The notes: generated by a model not told the origin, from the sequence alone. 64,000 bases of DNA from Eledone cirrhosa (GCA_964016885.1 OZ024742.1:243722001-243786000); one strand, 5' to 3'. Positions 23,190 through 38,440 are shown, numbered from the stretch's first letter. Numbers and translations: made by a program.

Positions 23190-23794
23190 CAGGGTGCGGA
23201 CGATATTTGTTCGCAATTTTCAACTGCTAATTTTATGCAAATTTTCTTTACTTCCGTTGTCACTCTTGTCTTCATAAAAACAGTGACTATATTTCCATTA
23301 TTTATTTTCAGAATAATTGATTATGAATAATTTTGAACCTCCAAATTTGTGGAAGAGACACAGAGTTCTTCTTGGAATCCGTGCCGGAAGGACAAATAAG
23401 ACCAGAAGATCAACTCTCAGAACAACAGGTGGCTCGCTGTCTCATCCAAAGACGTGCCCAGAGTCATGCAGACAAAGTTTCCAGCACAACATTGGTCTTA
23501 GGTGTCGTCAGCAGTCAAGGTGACGTCATGCCACCTCACTTCTTCCCTGAGGACCTCAAGCTGAACACCGATGGCTACATCCACGTTCTGAGTGAGGTAG
23601 TAAAGCCCTGGATCGACCAGGTAGTTGCAGGTAGGCCGTCATCAAAGCCAATGGCGGGTTTATCGAGTGAGATCGAAAGAACAAGTCATGAAGACAAACT
23701 GACCCAAGTTTAATAAATAAATCTTAAAAAATAAAACTACTGTGTTAATTTTTCCTAGACAGTAATCTTGCGAACAAATATCATCCGCACCCTG
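23190..23794 (+). mobile_element. Second DD37D (maT) non-autonomous copy with an extra deletion
   Basis: Same TIRs and TA flanks as 12206-13084; lacks the QDSAP..SPD catalytic segment. Confidence 0.92.
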
Positions 23795-23825
23795 TATATA
23801 ACCCATACACACACACATATATATA

Positions 23826-25655
23826 TCATCACCGTTTAACGTCCATTTTCCACACTGGCATGGGTTAGACGAGTTGTCCTGTTGTGAGAAATGCCAGGTC
23901 AGGTGAGCTTGTCTTGTTCATACAGAACTGATTTTGGTCAGGTTTCTACAGCTGAATGCCCTTCCTAATGCCAACCACATTTACAGTGAATACTGGGTGC
24001 TTTCAGTTGTGACACCTACATAACCACTTTACAGTGTGGACTGGGGGCCTTTTTTGTGTCACCTATACAACCACTTTACAGTGTTGGCTGGGGCTTTGCT
24101 AGATGTATGCTTCAGCCTGTCCCAATGGGAGATGTATGGAAGAGTGGGGTGGGATGGAGGTGGTGCATACTATATGTATGCTTCAGCTTCAGCCTGTGCC
24201 CATGGGAAGGTGGGTCTTCTGTATTACTGCATAATGCCAGAGACCTCGGTTCTGTGTCATCGTCTTTGTGAGGTGCAATCGATTGAACAAGGTCAGCTTT
24301 TATTACCTCATCCCAAGTCTTCCTGGGTCTCCCCACTCTATGGTTTCCATCAACATTGAGCACTCTCCACTTTTTTATATATCTGTCATCCTTGAAACGC
24401 ATCACATGTCCATACCAACGCAATCTCCTCTCCTGCACACTGCATCTGATTCCTTTTATGCCTAGTTTCTCCCTCAGTTTGTTTATGTTTGTCATTCATA
24501 TATATTACTATTACACATACATCAGAGCATGCAAGCTTCATTTCTTTCCAATCGTCACAAGTCTTCTGCATACAGTGCCCAGCTCTCACTACCATGCAAC
24601 ATTGCTGTTCATATGCATGCATCATACAGTTTGCCTTTCATTTTGAAGGAAAAGCCTTTTGTAACTAACAGTGGTAATAGCTCCCTGAACTTCTTCCACC
24701 CTGTTCTCACTCTGGCTAATGTACTTTCAGAAAACCCACCTCTGCTGCTAATTTGGTCACCCAGGTAGCAGAAGCTGTCTACTACTTCTACCAAACCTTT
24801 CCAGAATTTGATAGCGCTTGTTTCCTGTGGTCACTTACTACTTATTGCTCCAGTGCAACATGTAAAACCTATGTCATTCTTTGCTAAACTTCCCGAGATC
24901 CCACCACATCTCTTGTGTACCTAGTTTGCATTTGGAACAGAGGATGGAATTCTTACCTACACTTTTCTTACACACTGAGCAAGGCCATTTCCCAAAGGGG
25001 ATTAGGCCTGTTTTCCTTTCTACTTACTAGGACCTTAATCTTTGTCTGGTTGATTTTAAGACCCTTTGTTTCTAGGCCATGCTTCCAGGTTTGGAATTTC
25101 TTCTCTAACTCCACCATAGACTCAGCTATGAGTCTAAGAACATCTGCGTACAGGAGCACCCATGGGCAGCCAGTTTTAAACTCCTTAGTTATAGCCTGCA
25201 GTATGATAATAAGCAAGAGACGGCCAAGAACAGAGCCATGTTGGATGCTAACTTGCATGCTAAATTCCTCGCTATAGTTGTTAATTGTAATTTTGCTAAC
25301 TGCTCCCCTATACATGGCTTGTACAGCCTTCACAAGCCAATCATCTACTAGTTTTCTAAGAGCCCAGCAGATTATGACATGGAGGACTCTGTCAAAAGCT
25401 TTCTCCAGCTCAACAAATGTCAGGTAGAGTGGCTTACTTTTAGCTAGGTACTTTTCCTATAGCTGTTTCACCAGGATGAGAGCATCTGTAGTGCTTTTAC
25501 CTGGTACAAATCCGAACTGCATCTCATCTAGATTTACCCGGTCCCTAATTAGCTATGCTAAAACTCTTTCTGTTACTTTCATGACCTGGTCCATCAACTT
25601 GATACCTCTATAGTCTCCTTTACCATTGTAGCAGCTGACAATGATGTAGCAGTTC
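23826..25655 (-). pseudogene. Degenerate RTE subfamily 2 LINE
   Basis: QFGFVPGK, HGSVLG..LL, LLYAD, FCYLGDQIS and LRWYGHV in broken frames; tail at 23826. Confidence 0.9.
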
Positions 25656-26921
25656 ACAATGAATATATATATATATATATACTATAGAGGCATGACAACC
25701 TCCCTAATGCTGGTGTCATGATAAAATGTACTCGGTAGAACACAAGAACATAAGAAAAATACAGGCCTTTGACCGATCTGAGAGGTCATTAGACTGCTTC
25801 CATACATGTATATCATCATCATTTTACACCCAGTTTACAAATTAGCATATTTTGTACAAGTTATCATGGTCTGAGTTCAGATGGGTTACAGAACCACATC
25901 TTGATTGCATATACCATGTTGTCATAGTTTCTATGGCTAGATGCCCTTCTTAACACTAACCACTTTACAGAGTGAACTGGCATTAAAATTGTTGGTAGTC
26001 AGTCCTTGCTTATACCATCCTTATCACTCTACATATCTTTCTCCTTGATCATGACAACTATGAATAAGGGATTGTATAGGATCTGTTTGTGTCTGATACA
26101 CTATGCCATCATCTTTTCTGTGGCATCAGACATCTCACCCACACTCCTATACCACTTGTTATTGACATCCATCACTCTCTCTTACAATCTTCCATCTCTG
26201 TTACTATCACTTACTACCTCTCTCTTACCCAGCAAACATGTAACTGCCATCACTCTCTCTCTTTTCTATTATTTCATTCTTTACTATCCTTTCACCCTAA
26301 TCTCATCATACTCCCATTCCCTTTCACCCATTTACTCTGGTTATTCTATTAATATTCATTCTTCTATTCTCCTTCTTGGTCATGTTGGCTTTAACAAACA
26401 GAGGATCATAAATTAGTGAGGTCTTTTTATGTTGTACAAGGCAGACTCACTAGTGGTGGTACTACAATAAAATGCTCACAATACACTCTGTGGAGTGATT
26501 AGAGAATATGTAGAGATAAATAAGGTTGATAATATGACAACCTCTATAGTATTAGTGCCATGATAAAATGCATCCAGTATACTTTGTAAAGTGGTTGGTA
26601 TTAGGAAGGTCATCCAGCCACAGATAATATGCCAAAAAAAGAATATACAAGCAAGACATGATCCTCCAAGCCATCTAAGAAAACAGTATGTCCAAATGAG
26701 ATCTGATTTTGACTGTGATGACAGCCAACCCATGGTGGCATGAAAAGCTGATATAAAAATGATGACATATATATGGCATAAGGAAGAGCATCCAGCCCTA
26801 GAAACCAAGTCAGAAACAGTTTAGTGCAAGCAAGACATGTACCTAACTTGCCTCAAACAGGACACCCTGTCTAACCCATGCTAGCCTGGAAAAACAGACG
26901 TTAAATGATGACAATGATGAC

Positions 26922-26953
<32 letters not shown>

Positions 26954-27109
26954 GTGTCATCATCATTGTTGTATTAAAGTCTACACAGGCCCATGCAAAG
27001 TTGGTAATTGGCCAAGGACCAATGTAAAATTTAACATTTCATATATATATACATATTATATGTGTGAGCTGATATCAATTCGCTGAAGTTTACAGATGAC
27101 AAAGGGCCA

Positions 27110-29345
27110 TAATAAGTGGAGGGATGCTGTGTTGACAAAGACCCATCTAACCGATGCAAGCATGGATAAGCAGGCGTTAAACAAGGATGATGATGACATC
27201 ACCATCATAATCTTTCTTTCGCTTTTTCATGCTTGCATGGATTAGACGGGTCTTTGCCAACACACCACCCTTCCACTCATTGCAGTCCATTAAATTCTCT
27301 GTGAGGTTAAGCATTTTGAGATCAGCTTTAACCATTTCTGTCCAGGTTATTCTTTGGTCTTCTGCTGTGTCTTTTTTCCACTGACATCACCTGGCACTTC
27401 TTCACCCACTATTTATCAACCATACACATCACATGTCCAAACCAGTCTCTCTTGCACACATCTGATTCCTCATATACCTAGTTTTTCTCTCAGTTCATTC
27501 TTGCTTTATCGTTCATGTACGCTAACATTGCACATTCAATTGAACATGCTCATTTCATTTCTCTCCAGCACTTACAGTCCATGTCTTATTGCCATGCAAC
27601 ATCATGCACTCTACCTTTTGTTGTCAACAGAGATACTAGCTCTCTAAACTTTTTCTAGCTTGTTCTTATTCTGGCTACTAATTAAGCCACCTAAGTGACA
27701 GAAACTATCAACTACTTCTATGGTATATTCCTGAAATTGGAGAATACTTATTTTACTGCTGCTGTTGCTACACACTATTCCTGTACACCTGCTACATGCA
27801 AGAAAAGACTATCTTTTCTCTTAGACTGCCTACAACCCCACTACACCTCTTGTATACCTATAACTCACATTGAATATAGTTCCTACGTACTCCTTTTCTA
27901 CATATAGAGCATAGCCACTATATATACACAACAAAAGCATGGATAAACTGAGATAGAAACTGGGTATATGAGGAATCAAATGTAGTGTGCACGTTTGGAC
28001 ATGTGATGCACGCGAATGATGATTGCTGGATGAAGTACCAAATAATCCTAGTGTAAAGAAGCTGCAGTAGAGCAAGACCAAGGAAGACCTGGATGGAAAT
28101 ATGGAAGTGGTGAGCGCTGATCTCAAATTGCTGAAGGTCAGAGATGACAAAGGAATACAAGTGCTGTACTGAGAAGGACCCATCCAACTCATGCAAGCTG
28201 TGGGTTAAATATATATGTATGCAAAGGAATATGACAAATATCTCACACACTATATACTCACCATCAGGTTGACTCAGTTCAGTATACATATCATCATTTA
28301 ACATTCACTTACCCTGCTAGCAAGGGTTGGACAGGTCTTCACAGACCAAGTCTTTACTAAAGCTGGGCTACTGACCTTCCACACAGGTTGGGGGATTGCA
28401 ACTTCTCTTACGTATAGTTCGAAGTTCTACCACGTGCATTTTATAGTGGCACCTGCACACACACACATCATAATCATCAATGAACATGCTTTCCCTGATA
28501 CACACACACATATATATATAGATATATATAAGAAATTCCTGTTTTGGAAACAGAACTTATTATTAAAAGGGCTCAGAGTAAAGCTATCAAAACCAGCTTT
28601 AGTAAGTAGGGATGTGATTGTGCTTAATATGCAGAAAAGAAGCAGGTAGGAACTCCATAAGATGTGCACCATATAAAGTATGGGCATACAATAGGTATGG
28701 TGGGTAGTTTGAGCATCAGTGAAATACACCTTTTTCAATCCCAGGAAGTTACCATAGAAGTACTTGATAGTTTCTGTTACTTAGGTGACCTAATTAGCAG
28801 TGGAGGAGGTTGCTTTGAAAGCATAGTAGCTAGAATAAGAACAGGATGGAAACAAATTCAAGGAGCTACTGTCTCTGTTGACAACAAAGGGATTTTCCCT
28901 CCGAGTCAAGGGTATATTGTATGATGCCTGTGTGAGAAGCGTTATGTTGCATGGATGTGAGACATGGGTGGTAAAATGCAGAGATTGAAGAGAAATAAAG
29001 CGCATGTTTCTTTGGACATGCAATATTAGTGTGGGTGAACGATGGAGTGTAGATAAACTGAGAGAAAAACCGGGTATAAAAGGAATCAGATGGTGTGCAA
29101 GAGAGAAGGTTGCGCTGGTACAGACAGGTGATGCGTATGATGAGGAATACTGAACGAAGTGCTAGTGGAAGGAAGCTGTAGTAGAGGAAGACAGAGAAAA
29201 ACATGGATAGAAGTGATTAGAGCAGACCTCAAAACCTTGAACCTCCCAGAGATGAAGAAACGCTACGAGTGCAGGGAGACTGTGCTGGAAAAGACCCGCC
29301 CAACCCATGCAAACATGGATAAAAGGACGTAGAATGATGATGACA
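27110..29345. pseudogene. Cluster of decayed RTE 3' fragments (27195-27920 minus; 27925-28210 and 28530-29345 plus)
   Basis: EVLDSFCYLGDLISSGGGCFESIVARIRTGWK at ~28755-28850; RTE terminal stem-loop and (ATG)n at ~29300-29345. Confidence 0.75.
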
Positions 29346-30839
29346 CATACATACACACATATATATATATATATATATATACATACATATAAAATAAGCA
29401 CTGGTTTGACTAAATCCCTTCTAGGCGTTATCCCAGCATAGCCGTAGCCTGAATACTTTAAAAGTATATGTATGCGCATACACATATATTATATACACAC
29501 GTGTGTGTGTGTGTGTGCATGCGTATATATTAAAGGAGTCTGTATATGCAATATGAAATACACGAAGAGTAAATTAAGTTGTTCATTTCGATAATAAAAT
29601 TCAAATAATAATTAAATCTAGACTTTAAATAATCCTTATCATTTAATAAAAAAAAATCAGTTTCGCTTCTTCCAATTAAAATTAAAATAGAAATAGTAAT
29701 GGCAAGGTGATGGATAATTAATAATGCTAATGAATAAATTTGAAAGTAGGTAATAAGTTTTATGTTTGAACTTTTGAAAAAGGCTCTGTAGTTTATTTTA
29801 TTATTGCTATTATTTTGTCCTAGTTGCTTTTTATTTATACGAATTAAGGCTTGTTCAAACAAATGTATTTTTTCCCCATAAAGTATATAATTATTTAACC
29901 ATAGTTAGATATTTTCCAAAAGAATTATGAAAATAAGAAGCGAGATATGAAAGGAAAAAAAAGACGATAAAATTGTATGCGGTCAGCTTCTCAATAAACT
30001 TATATACTTAAGGACTATAAAAAACATTTGAACCAAAAAATAATTTCACAAAAGAAAGAGAAAAGTAAAGCCTATGACTAAATTAGTAGATAGATATAGC
30101 CTTGTGCGTGTGTAGTTCTCAGTAAGTCATACATAGTGCGACGACTATCATTAGAAGCTGTGATATATTTCAGCTGAGACCGCAGCAGTCAACAGAGGTA
30201 GCCATTCACTACTTCCTCTCTTACTTTTATGCTCCTCTCTCTTTAACTTTTAACCCTCTCTTAGTTATTTCTAACCTTCTTTTTTTTACTCTCAACCTCC
30301 TCTCGTTTTAATTCAACACTTTCCCCCGTTTATTCTTGACCCTCCTCACGCTTACTCTTACATTTCTCTCTCATCATTCACAGCTCTCACTCTTTAACTC
30401 TCAACCCCCTCTCTCATTTATAAACATTTACTCCCGTATAATTCAATTCTCTCTCTTTTCTTTTCAACCTGTCCTTTCTTATGCACAACCTCTTTCTCCC
30501 TCATTTCAATTGTCTTCCTCTTACTCACTGTTACTGTCAACTCTCTCTGTCTTACTCACAACTCCCGCTCCTTTCCTCATCTTATCTCTTCTTTTTGAGA
30601 TATTCTATTCCCTTTCTTCCCATCTCTTTATCCCGCTCTGTCTTTCTCTATTTTTCGTCATCCACTGCAACTCGTTCGGTAGATCTCTTATTCGTGTATT
30701 CTTTCTTAGTTGATATATAAATATATATATATATATATTACATTTACATATATATTAATATATTATATATGTATATATATGTATATTATATAAAAATACC
30801 ACCAAAAAAGAATCAACAATAACAGACAAAAAATAATTC

Positions 30840-31362
30840 CATCAGTTTATTCATTTATTCGTTTATTCATTTCGAACAGGATTTCTCTATTCCCTCTATT
30901 CGTTCATTCATTTCCGAACGCGTGTTATTGTTTCACGTCAACTGAAAACCCGTAAGAAGAGTACTAAATTGTCGAACGCTGGTAATATAATAATAATGGT
31001 TGCTATTGACTGCTTCTTCTGCTGCTGGTTTACTTAATTAGCTTCGTCGGGGGGAAAGAGAGAGAAGGAAAAAAAAAGAAAGAAAACAAAAACAACAAAA
31101 GCTGACTGTGAATTGGACGGTGGATGTGGAACAGTTCTGAAAATATAATATAACGGAGTTTAAATGCCGGATAAATCTTTTAGGGTTTTAAACCTGAACA
31201 GCTTTTTTTTCTTTCATATATCTTCTGGCTTTTAAAGCAGTGAGTAATTTTCCACACCGGAGTTTTTACAAATAACAGTTTGGATTCTGGTCAATGTGTG
31301 TTGCCTAGGAATAAAATATATAATAAACTAGAAAGAAGAGATTCTGAAATCGCAACAAATTG
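30840..31362 (+). promoter_or_regulatory. Putative promoter and first non-coding exon of an unidentified host gene
   Basis: Transposon-free, CpG-enriched island after a long pyrimidine-rich tract; TCACGTCA (CRE-like) near 30933; strong donor TTG|GTGAGT at 31362/31363. Confidence 0.4.
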
Positions 31363-31861
31363 GTGAGTTATGTTGTTTAAAGAAAAAAAAAATATTTTGC
31401 TTTGTTGATGGTTTAAAATGCTATGTTGTATAGTTTTAATAATGATGATAATAATAATCTAATATGATATAGACCTCTGCCCTTCATCATTTTCCTTGCT
31501 AATGATAAAGTAGTTTTAGATTGTTGTTCATCTATCATTGGGATCCATATTTTTGTGTTATCTTTTTTTTATACATACGATGCTATCTACTTCTATTTAT
31601 CGTGTCTACTAAATCGTTTAGCCTTTCAGTGTCCCCCATCTCTGAAAGTAATATTCACCGAAACCTTTTCTGTCGGCTCCTTAAATAGATATATTATTAT
31701 TATTATCATCATTATATTGCTATAGCTATGACTATTATTATCGTAATTATTATTATCATCATCATATCATTATTATAACTGTTATTATCATATGACTATA
31801 ACTTGTTAGCATTATTATTATCACCATCATTATCATCCCTTCCTAAACGGCTCTCCTGTTC

Positions 31862-31923
31862 GTTGGACAAACACACCCGAAAAACTTATATTGTTGGACA
31901 AACATACCCGAAAAACTTATATT
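31862..31923. repeat. 31-bp tandem duplication
   Basis: GTTGGACAAACA(C/T)ACCCGAAAAACTTATATT twice. Confidence 0.9.
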
Positions 31924-32540
31924 CCTAACCAAATTTTATTTACTGTTTCCGTCGGATACCTTCCTGTATTTACTCTTTATGATTTAAGATCAGGACAAAC
32001 AATAACGATCCACATTTTTTCTTCTCCACAAAATCCTATTGTCAGATGTTTGTGTGTATTCCATGACATAAATTCCCGTATTATTACTATTATATATTAT
32101 ATCTTACAACTGCAAATATACCCTGTGTTTATAAAATGTTAAGGACAAATCTTATTTTCACCAGTTATTTTCGCGCCTTTCATCGATAAGTGAAATAAAT
32201 GCTAGCTTTAATATTTTAGTTTACACTTCCTATATTGTATTCCAATCCCCTTTTTAATGACAGCAGTGACTCTTCATTTGAGTCGCTGCTATATTAATTC
32301 TATGGGTATTATAAATCAGATCTGCCCATTTGAAGCTAATCATCTTCTAACTATATATTACTGAATACATTATATATATACATCTATATGTATGTATGTA
32401 TATATATATATATGTACACATATATATATATATGTAATGTTTATATGGGGTAATCTATGTATGTATGTGGGACTATATATATATATATAGATATCTATAT
32501 ATAATCAATATATGTTTATATGGTAATCTATCTATCTATC

Positions 32541-32571
<31 letters not shown>

Positions 32572-32680
32572 CAATGTGTTTATGTGTGTGTGGTATGTAT
32601 ATGGGGGTATATATATATATTGTATATATATATAAACATGTTTATGTAGATATTATATGTGCATATTCCCCCCCCTCTCT

Positions 32681-32744
<64 letters not shown>

Positions 32745-35279
32745 ATAATAAGCAATATATGTAGTATATATTTCTTTGTATAAAGTTCATTTGTTGGGTA
32801 ATCGTTTTAAAGCTTATAATTCCCGAAAATCTCTTCAATTGGCAAATATTGTGTTGTCTTTCAAAATGGATTTGTCAGCTTTCGTTCAAATTAAGATTCA
32901 AGGCAAGCAAGCTAATCCCTACTCTCCCTCGTTGCCTAAATTCCAGTTATTACGATTATCGGACATATATTTTATTATCCAAAGTGTCTATTCTGCTTAA
33001 AGGAATGAGGTTCAATCTACTCTGTAGGAAGTGCCGGTCAAACTTATGTTAGCATTCTGTTCAGTAGAGTAAGCATTGCATGAAGGAAAGCCTCTTCTGT
33101 AAATGATTTTAACTCTATAATTGACAATAAAAGCTTGATACATTACCATATAGTTATAGTGTCATCCTTTCTTATATATTGTGTGTTAAGGTACCACTAA
33201 CTTTTTATTTTCTTTCATTTTGTCGTCCGTACGCATGTTATCACTTGTTTTGGAAATATATTTCCTTTGTATGAAAACCTTGAAAGTTTATGAAAACATA
33301 AATAAAATAAAAAAAAAAAAAGCCCCAAAACAAAACAAGTTTCATTTCACGATAGAATTACAACAAACGGATAAAGAATTCTCTTTCAGGTTGCGTATTT
33401 AGAAAATTGAGATTTTTTATTGAATTCATTTTTTAAAATGTTTGTTTGGAGGTGTTTATATAGCATATCCCTAAAATAGAATTTTTTTTACGCTGTGATT
33501 ATTATTAAAATAGCCGTTAAACTATAATCCATGATAAATTTCTCTAAAATTCCAGCTTATTTACATTAAATGATGTGTATTTTTGATAGTTATACATATT
33601 TAAACCTGTGAAGGCGTATATGATGATTATTGTTCATCTAGTTATGTTTCAGAGATATATGTTTGAACAGTATTTTTTTGTATTTGTAAACAATCAACAA
33701 TACTCCACATTTGTTTTATATATTGTCCCTTTCGGAAAATATTTACGTTATATCTTAATATACATAAAATCTACACTGAACTGCATTTGTCACAATACTA
33801 TGAATTGGCTTCAGTCTTTATTTGAACAAAAGCGCGGCATTTATAAAGGCAAATTAGTGTTTTGTGATGCTGAGCTTATTTTTTGCGGAAACTAGCAGTT
33901 TCTGACTACTTATTTTATTAAATATTAGCCAGATCTAAGTATATTGACAGCACTCATCTGATCAATGTTTTCTTATCAATCCGATCACATACATCTATAT
34001 GCGTACTCAAGCACACATACAATACATACAAAATATATATACAATCTTCTTCAGTGATCTACTGTTAATAGTAGTCCAAATATATAGTTATCCTTTTTTA
34101 TTTTGTCAGGCTTGTCCGTTGTTTATGACTACAATATATTTATGTGGAATAAACGTACAGTTATACTTCTATTTATCTACTTAGGATAGATTGACATTGA
34201 CAACCTATGTACATTTATTGATCTTTCAGCTATCAGTTGGTATTACTTGTGTTACATCTTGCCATTCAACTTCTCAGTCAGTTGACTTGTTTAACCAGTT
34301 AATAAGCATTATTTGTTTTAAACGGTTAATCAAACAAATTGATTTGATATAATTTTTTCTTATTTATTTTCAATAATGATTTTCTATAATTGAAGAATTT
34401 TCAAGCAGTTAGTTATTTTGCAATAGGATGGCTAAAAAGTGGTTGAGACCGTATTTTACAGTCTGGGTATATTACCGTATCTGATTCAGTAGCACGGTGC
34501 TATGAGTTCAGTTCCTTACCAGGATCAGGTTGTCTTTGTATTCGATAAAATAATTATATCAATAATATACTGCTATCAATTCAAGCAGCTATAACTCTTC
34601 CCCTACGAAAATTGACCTTGCGCCTAGTGAATAATATAGTGAAAATAAATCAATAATTGATAATATTCAGGGTGATATGTTTTTTCCTGAAATCTTTGAT
34701 TTTGTTGATCTTTAAAACTTTCAGAAACTATCATAGAGGTATTTACTTCTATTATTTCTATAAAATGAATTAGTTATTGTTCCAGTTTAATTTTTAATCA
34801 CTGATACGATGGTCTAGATGTTTGACAGTTATCGATTTCTCTTTTAAGTGAATGCAGATATAGTTTCCTAATTTCCCACTAAGCTGTTATATTCTAATTT
34901 ATTCAAATAGACATGACATGTTTTTTTTTTCTTTTACGTTTACTTTTCACCATTAAAATAATTTAAGAATATTCAGTAAATAGTTAACTAAAGAACAACA
35001 ACATAAAATAAAAATAAATTGGGTCAAATATTAGCACGATCGTATTGTATGTAGACTTGGTAAAGTTATTGAGGAAGTTAAGATATATCAGTCTAGTTTG
35101 TTGCTGAGATAGGTAACCACTAGTCCCACAGATCTAATCGGTTGATAATTAGATAATCGGATAACTATATTAGAGATTGTCTGTTTTAAGTAAACCAACA
35201 AGTATTCTGACTAAAGTGATTTCCATCGCATTTGAGTGGAAAGTGTTGCTAAGGACAATCGTTTACAGCTAAACACACT

Positions 35280-35323
35280 CATGTATATGTATATATATAT
35301 GTATATATATATATATATGTATG

Positions 35324-35404
<81 letters not shown>

Positions 35405-35695
35405 CACATATATATATTATATAGATGTTCATATATATATATTATGCACATATATATATTATATAGATGTTCATATATATTATATATATGAACATATATA
35501 TTATATATATGAACATATATATTATATATATGAACATATATATTATATATATGAACATATATATTATATATATGCACATATATATGATATATATTTTATA
35601 TATATGCACATATATATGATATATATTTTATATATATGTACATATATATGATATATATTTTATATATACACGCAAATATATAGTATATATATATG
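35280..35695. repeat. (TA)n microsatellite grading into AT-rich minisatellites
   Basis: ATATATATTATATATATGAAC units followed by ATATATATGATATATATTTTATATATATGCAC units. Confidence 0.9.
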
Positions 35696-35711
35696 TGTGC
35701 TATGCTATAGT

Positions 35712-36020
35712 GGCACTGCGTCGGTTCCTACGATGAAGGTTCCAGCTGTTTGATCAACGGAACACTTTTCTCGTGAAATTAAACGTGCTAGTGACTGAGC
35801 ATTCCAGAAACACGTGTACCCTCAAGGAAGTTTTCAGGGAGATTCAACATGACACGGTGTGATGAGGTTGGCTTTTTGAATAATAAGTACAACTCATTTT
35901 GCCTGGCACGTGAACTGGAACAACGTGAAATAAGCATCTTGCTCAAGGACACACTGCGACATTAGGAACTCACGACTTCAGGACCATAAGCCGAACAACC
36001 TAGTCAACTAAGCCACGCAT
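35712..36020 (-). mobile_element. SINE family B
   Basis: Homologous to 2140-2443. Confidence 0.75.
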
Positions 36021-36231
36021 CAACACTACGCCAATATATATAATATGTATATATAAAATACATATAATGTTGACGGATGCGAGAACTAGTACCCAATACG
36101 GAAGTAGAGTATAATTCTTTATTATGGCAAATTGACGAGTGTTATTCAGGAGTTTCACCTGTGTAGTCACAGGTGAAACTATAGGGTAACCACATTCATC
36201 ATTTACCCATAGTAAAGAATATTATATATAT

Positions 36232-36356
36232 ATAATTGTTTCTATTTTAGGCACAAGGCCAGCAATTACCCAGTACATTACTGGTACTTTATTTTATCGA
36301 CCCCGTAAGGAGGAAAGGCAAAGTTAACCTCGGCCGGATTTGAACTCAGATCGTAA
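36232..36356 (-). mobile_element. SINE family C, 5'-truncated
   Basis: Reverse complement of the 62745-62866 segment. Confidence 0.8.
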
Positions 36357-36510
36357 ATATATATAATACTAGAGAGTCAGAGTCTGACAGCTGGGCTCTT
36401 GCCATTTTGACAGCAAATTCAAGAGCTCAGTTGTCGGGCCCCAACTCTAATATATTTATATTCTACTATTCGAAGTACCGAGTATTCTGTTAGTTAAAAA
36501 CTTGTAAAAT

Positions 36511-36588
<78 letters not shown>

Positions 36589-36987
36589 ATATATCATCAT
36601 CACTGTTTAATATCTATTTTCCAAGCTTGCATGGGTTAGACAAGTTGTCATGTTCTGAGACTAGACCAGTCAGGTGACCACGTTTCACTTGTAAGTTCCG
36701 TTTTTGGCATGGTTTCTGTGGTTGGATACCTCTCTTAACGGTTTATTTTGTGTACAGATTGAATTATATCATGGCACTGCAACTACCTCCTTACAGGATG
36801 AACTGGGTGTTTCTTGTGGCACTAGCAATAGCACCTTACAGGGTGAACTGGCTGATTTTTATCATGGCACCAGCTCTGACTGGTTACACGAGCACTACCT
36901 CATTACAACGCGAAAGTGGTTATTGTGTCCTTCGGTAAGTTGGAGAGGCAGTGAAGGGAGTGGGATGGTGATATGAGAGGAGTGCAC

Positions 36988-37024
<37 letters not shown>

Positions 37025-37070
37025 TACATAAATATACACACACATAGATAAATATACATTCAGATACATG

Positions 37071-37161
<91 letters not shown>

Positions 37162-37179
37162 ATATACATACACATACGC

Positions 37180-37437
37180 GCAGGATCAGGACCCTTTAGC
37201 TAATACTCCTAGTGTTCGTGATATACACAAATGCTGTAGAAAACCTGTCAAACAAAAGATTGCTAAGACTTCAGCTTTGTCATTGCAACGTCATTAAAGT
37301 GCTGGGATTGGGGATCGGATCGTAAGTATGGGAGATGTAGGCTTCTGGCCTGCTGTGGGCTGCCAAATTGAGTACCAACATGATCTACTGACAACCTGAC
37401 TCATTCAACTCTATTGGATGATAACTGATGATGATGA
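37180..37437 (+). mobile_element. Unclassified retroposon fragment with (TGA)n tail
   Basis: GC-richer insert between microsatellites, ending GATAACTGATGATGATGA. Confidence 0.45.
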
Positions 37438-37796
37438 TATATATATATACATAAATAGAGTGGTATATACATAACTGTACATACATATCTCGTTATAAAA
37501 TGATATATTTGTGAGTGTGTGTATATATATGTGGATGTATTTTTGTGTGGGTATATCTAAATTTGTCTGTGTCTCATTTTTTTAAACACCTCAAAGCTCA
37601 TTTTATAAGGTAGTGAACAGGGATGGATTGAACAATGAATAATGAGATGGCTATCATCTGACAAGATAAAGGAATAATATATATATATGTATGTATATAT
37701 ATATGTGTATATATATGTATGTATATATGTATGTATATATGTATGCATATGTATATATATATGTATGTATATATATATGTATGTATATATATATGT

Positions 37797-38128
37797 ATCA
37801 TTTCATCATCATCATCATTTCATTTTACGTCCGCTTTTCCCTGCTTGCAAGGGTGGGACGGGAACTGATTTTGGCTTGATTTCTACAGCTGGATGCCCTT
37901 CCTAACACGAACCTCATTTACAGTGAGTGCTGGGTGCTTTTTTGCCGTGGCACCTCCACGACCACTTTGCAATGGAATGATAGGGACCCCAGTCCCTATC
38001 ATCTCATTTCTACAGCTGAGTAAACTGGAGCAATGTGAAATAAAGTGTCTTGCTCAAGGAAACAACACATCACCCGGTCTGAGAATTGAACTCACAACCT
38101 TTTGATTGCAAGGCCAATGCTCTAACCA
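37797..38128 (-). mobile_element. SINE family A, nearly full length
   Basis: Aligns with 3244-3560. Confidence 0.9.
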
Positions 38129-38206
38129 TATGTATATATATATGTATATATATATATGTATGTATGTATGTATATATATATGTATGTATGTATGTATATA
38201 TATATG

Positions 38207-38259
<53 letters not shown>

Positions 38260-38285
38260 GTATGTATATATATATATATGTATGT

Positions 38286-38323
<38 letters not shown>

Positions 38324-38404
38324 GTATGTATATGTATGTATGTATGTATATGTATATATATATGTATATATGTATGTATGTATGTATATGTATATATATA
38401 TGTA

Positions 38405-38440
<36 letters not shown>

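Noticed and set aside
30336-30720. Hydrophobic L/S/F-rich ORFs
   Set aside because: By-product of a CT-rich low-complexity tract
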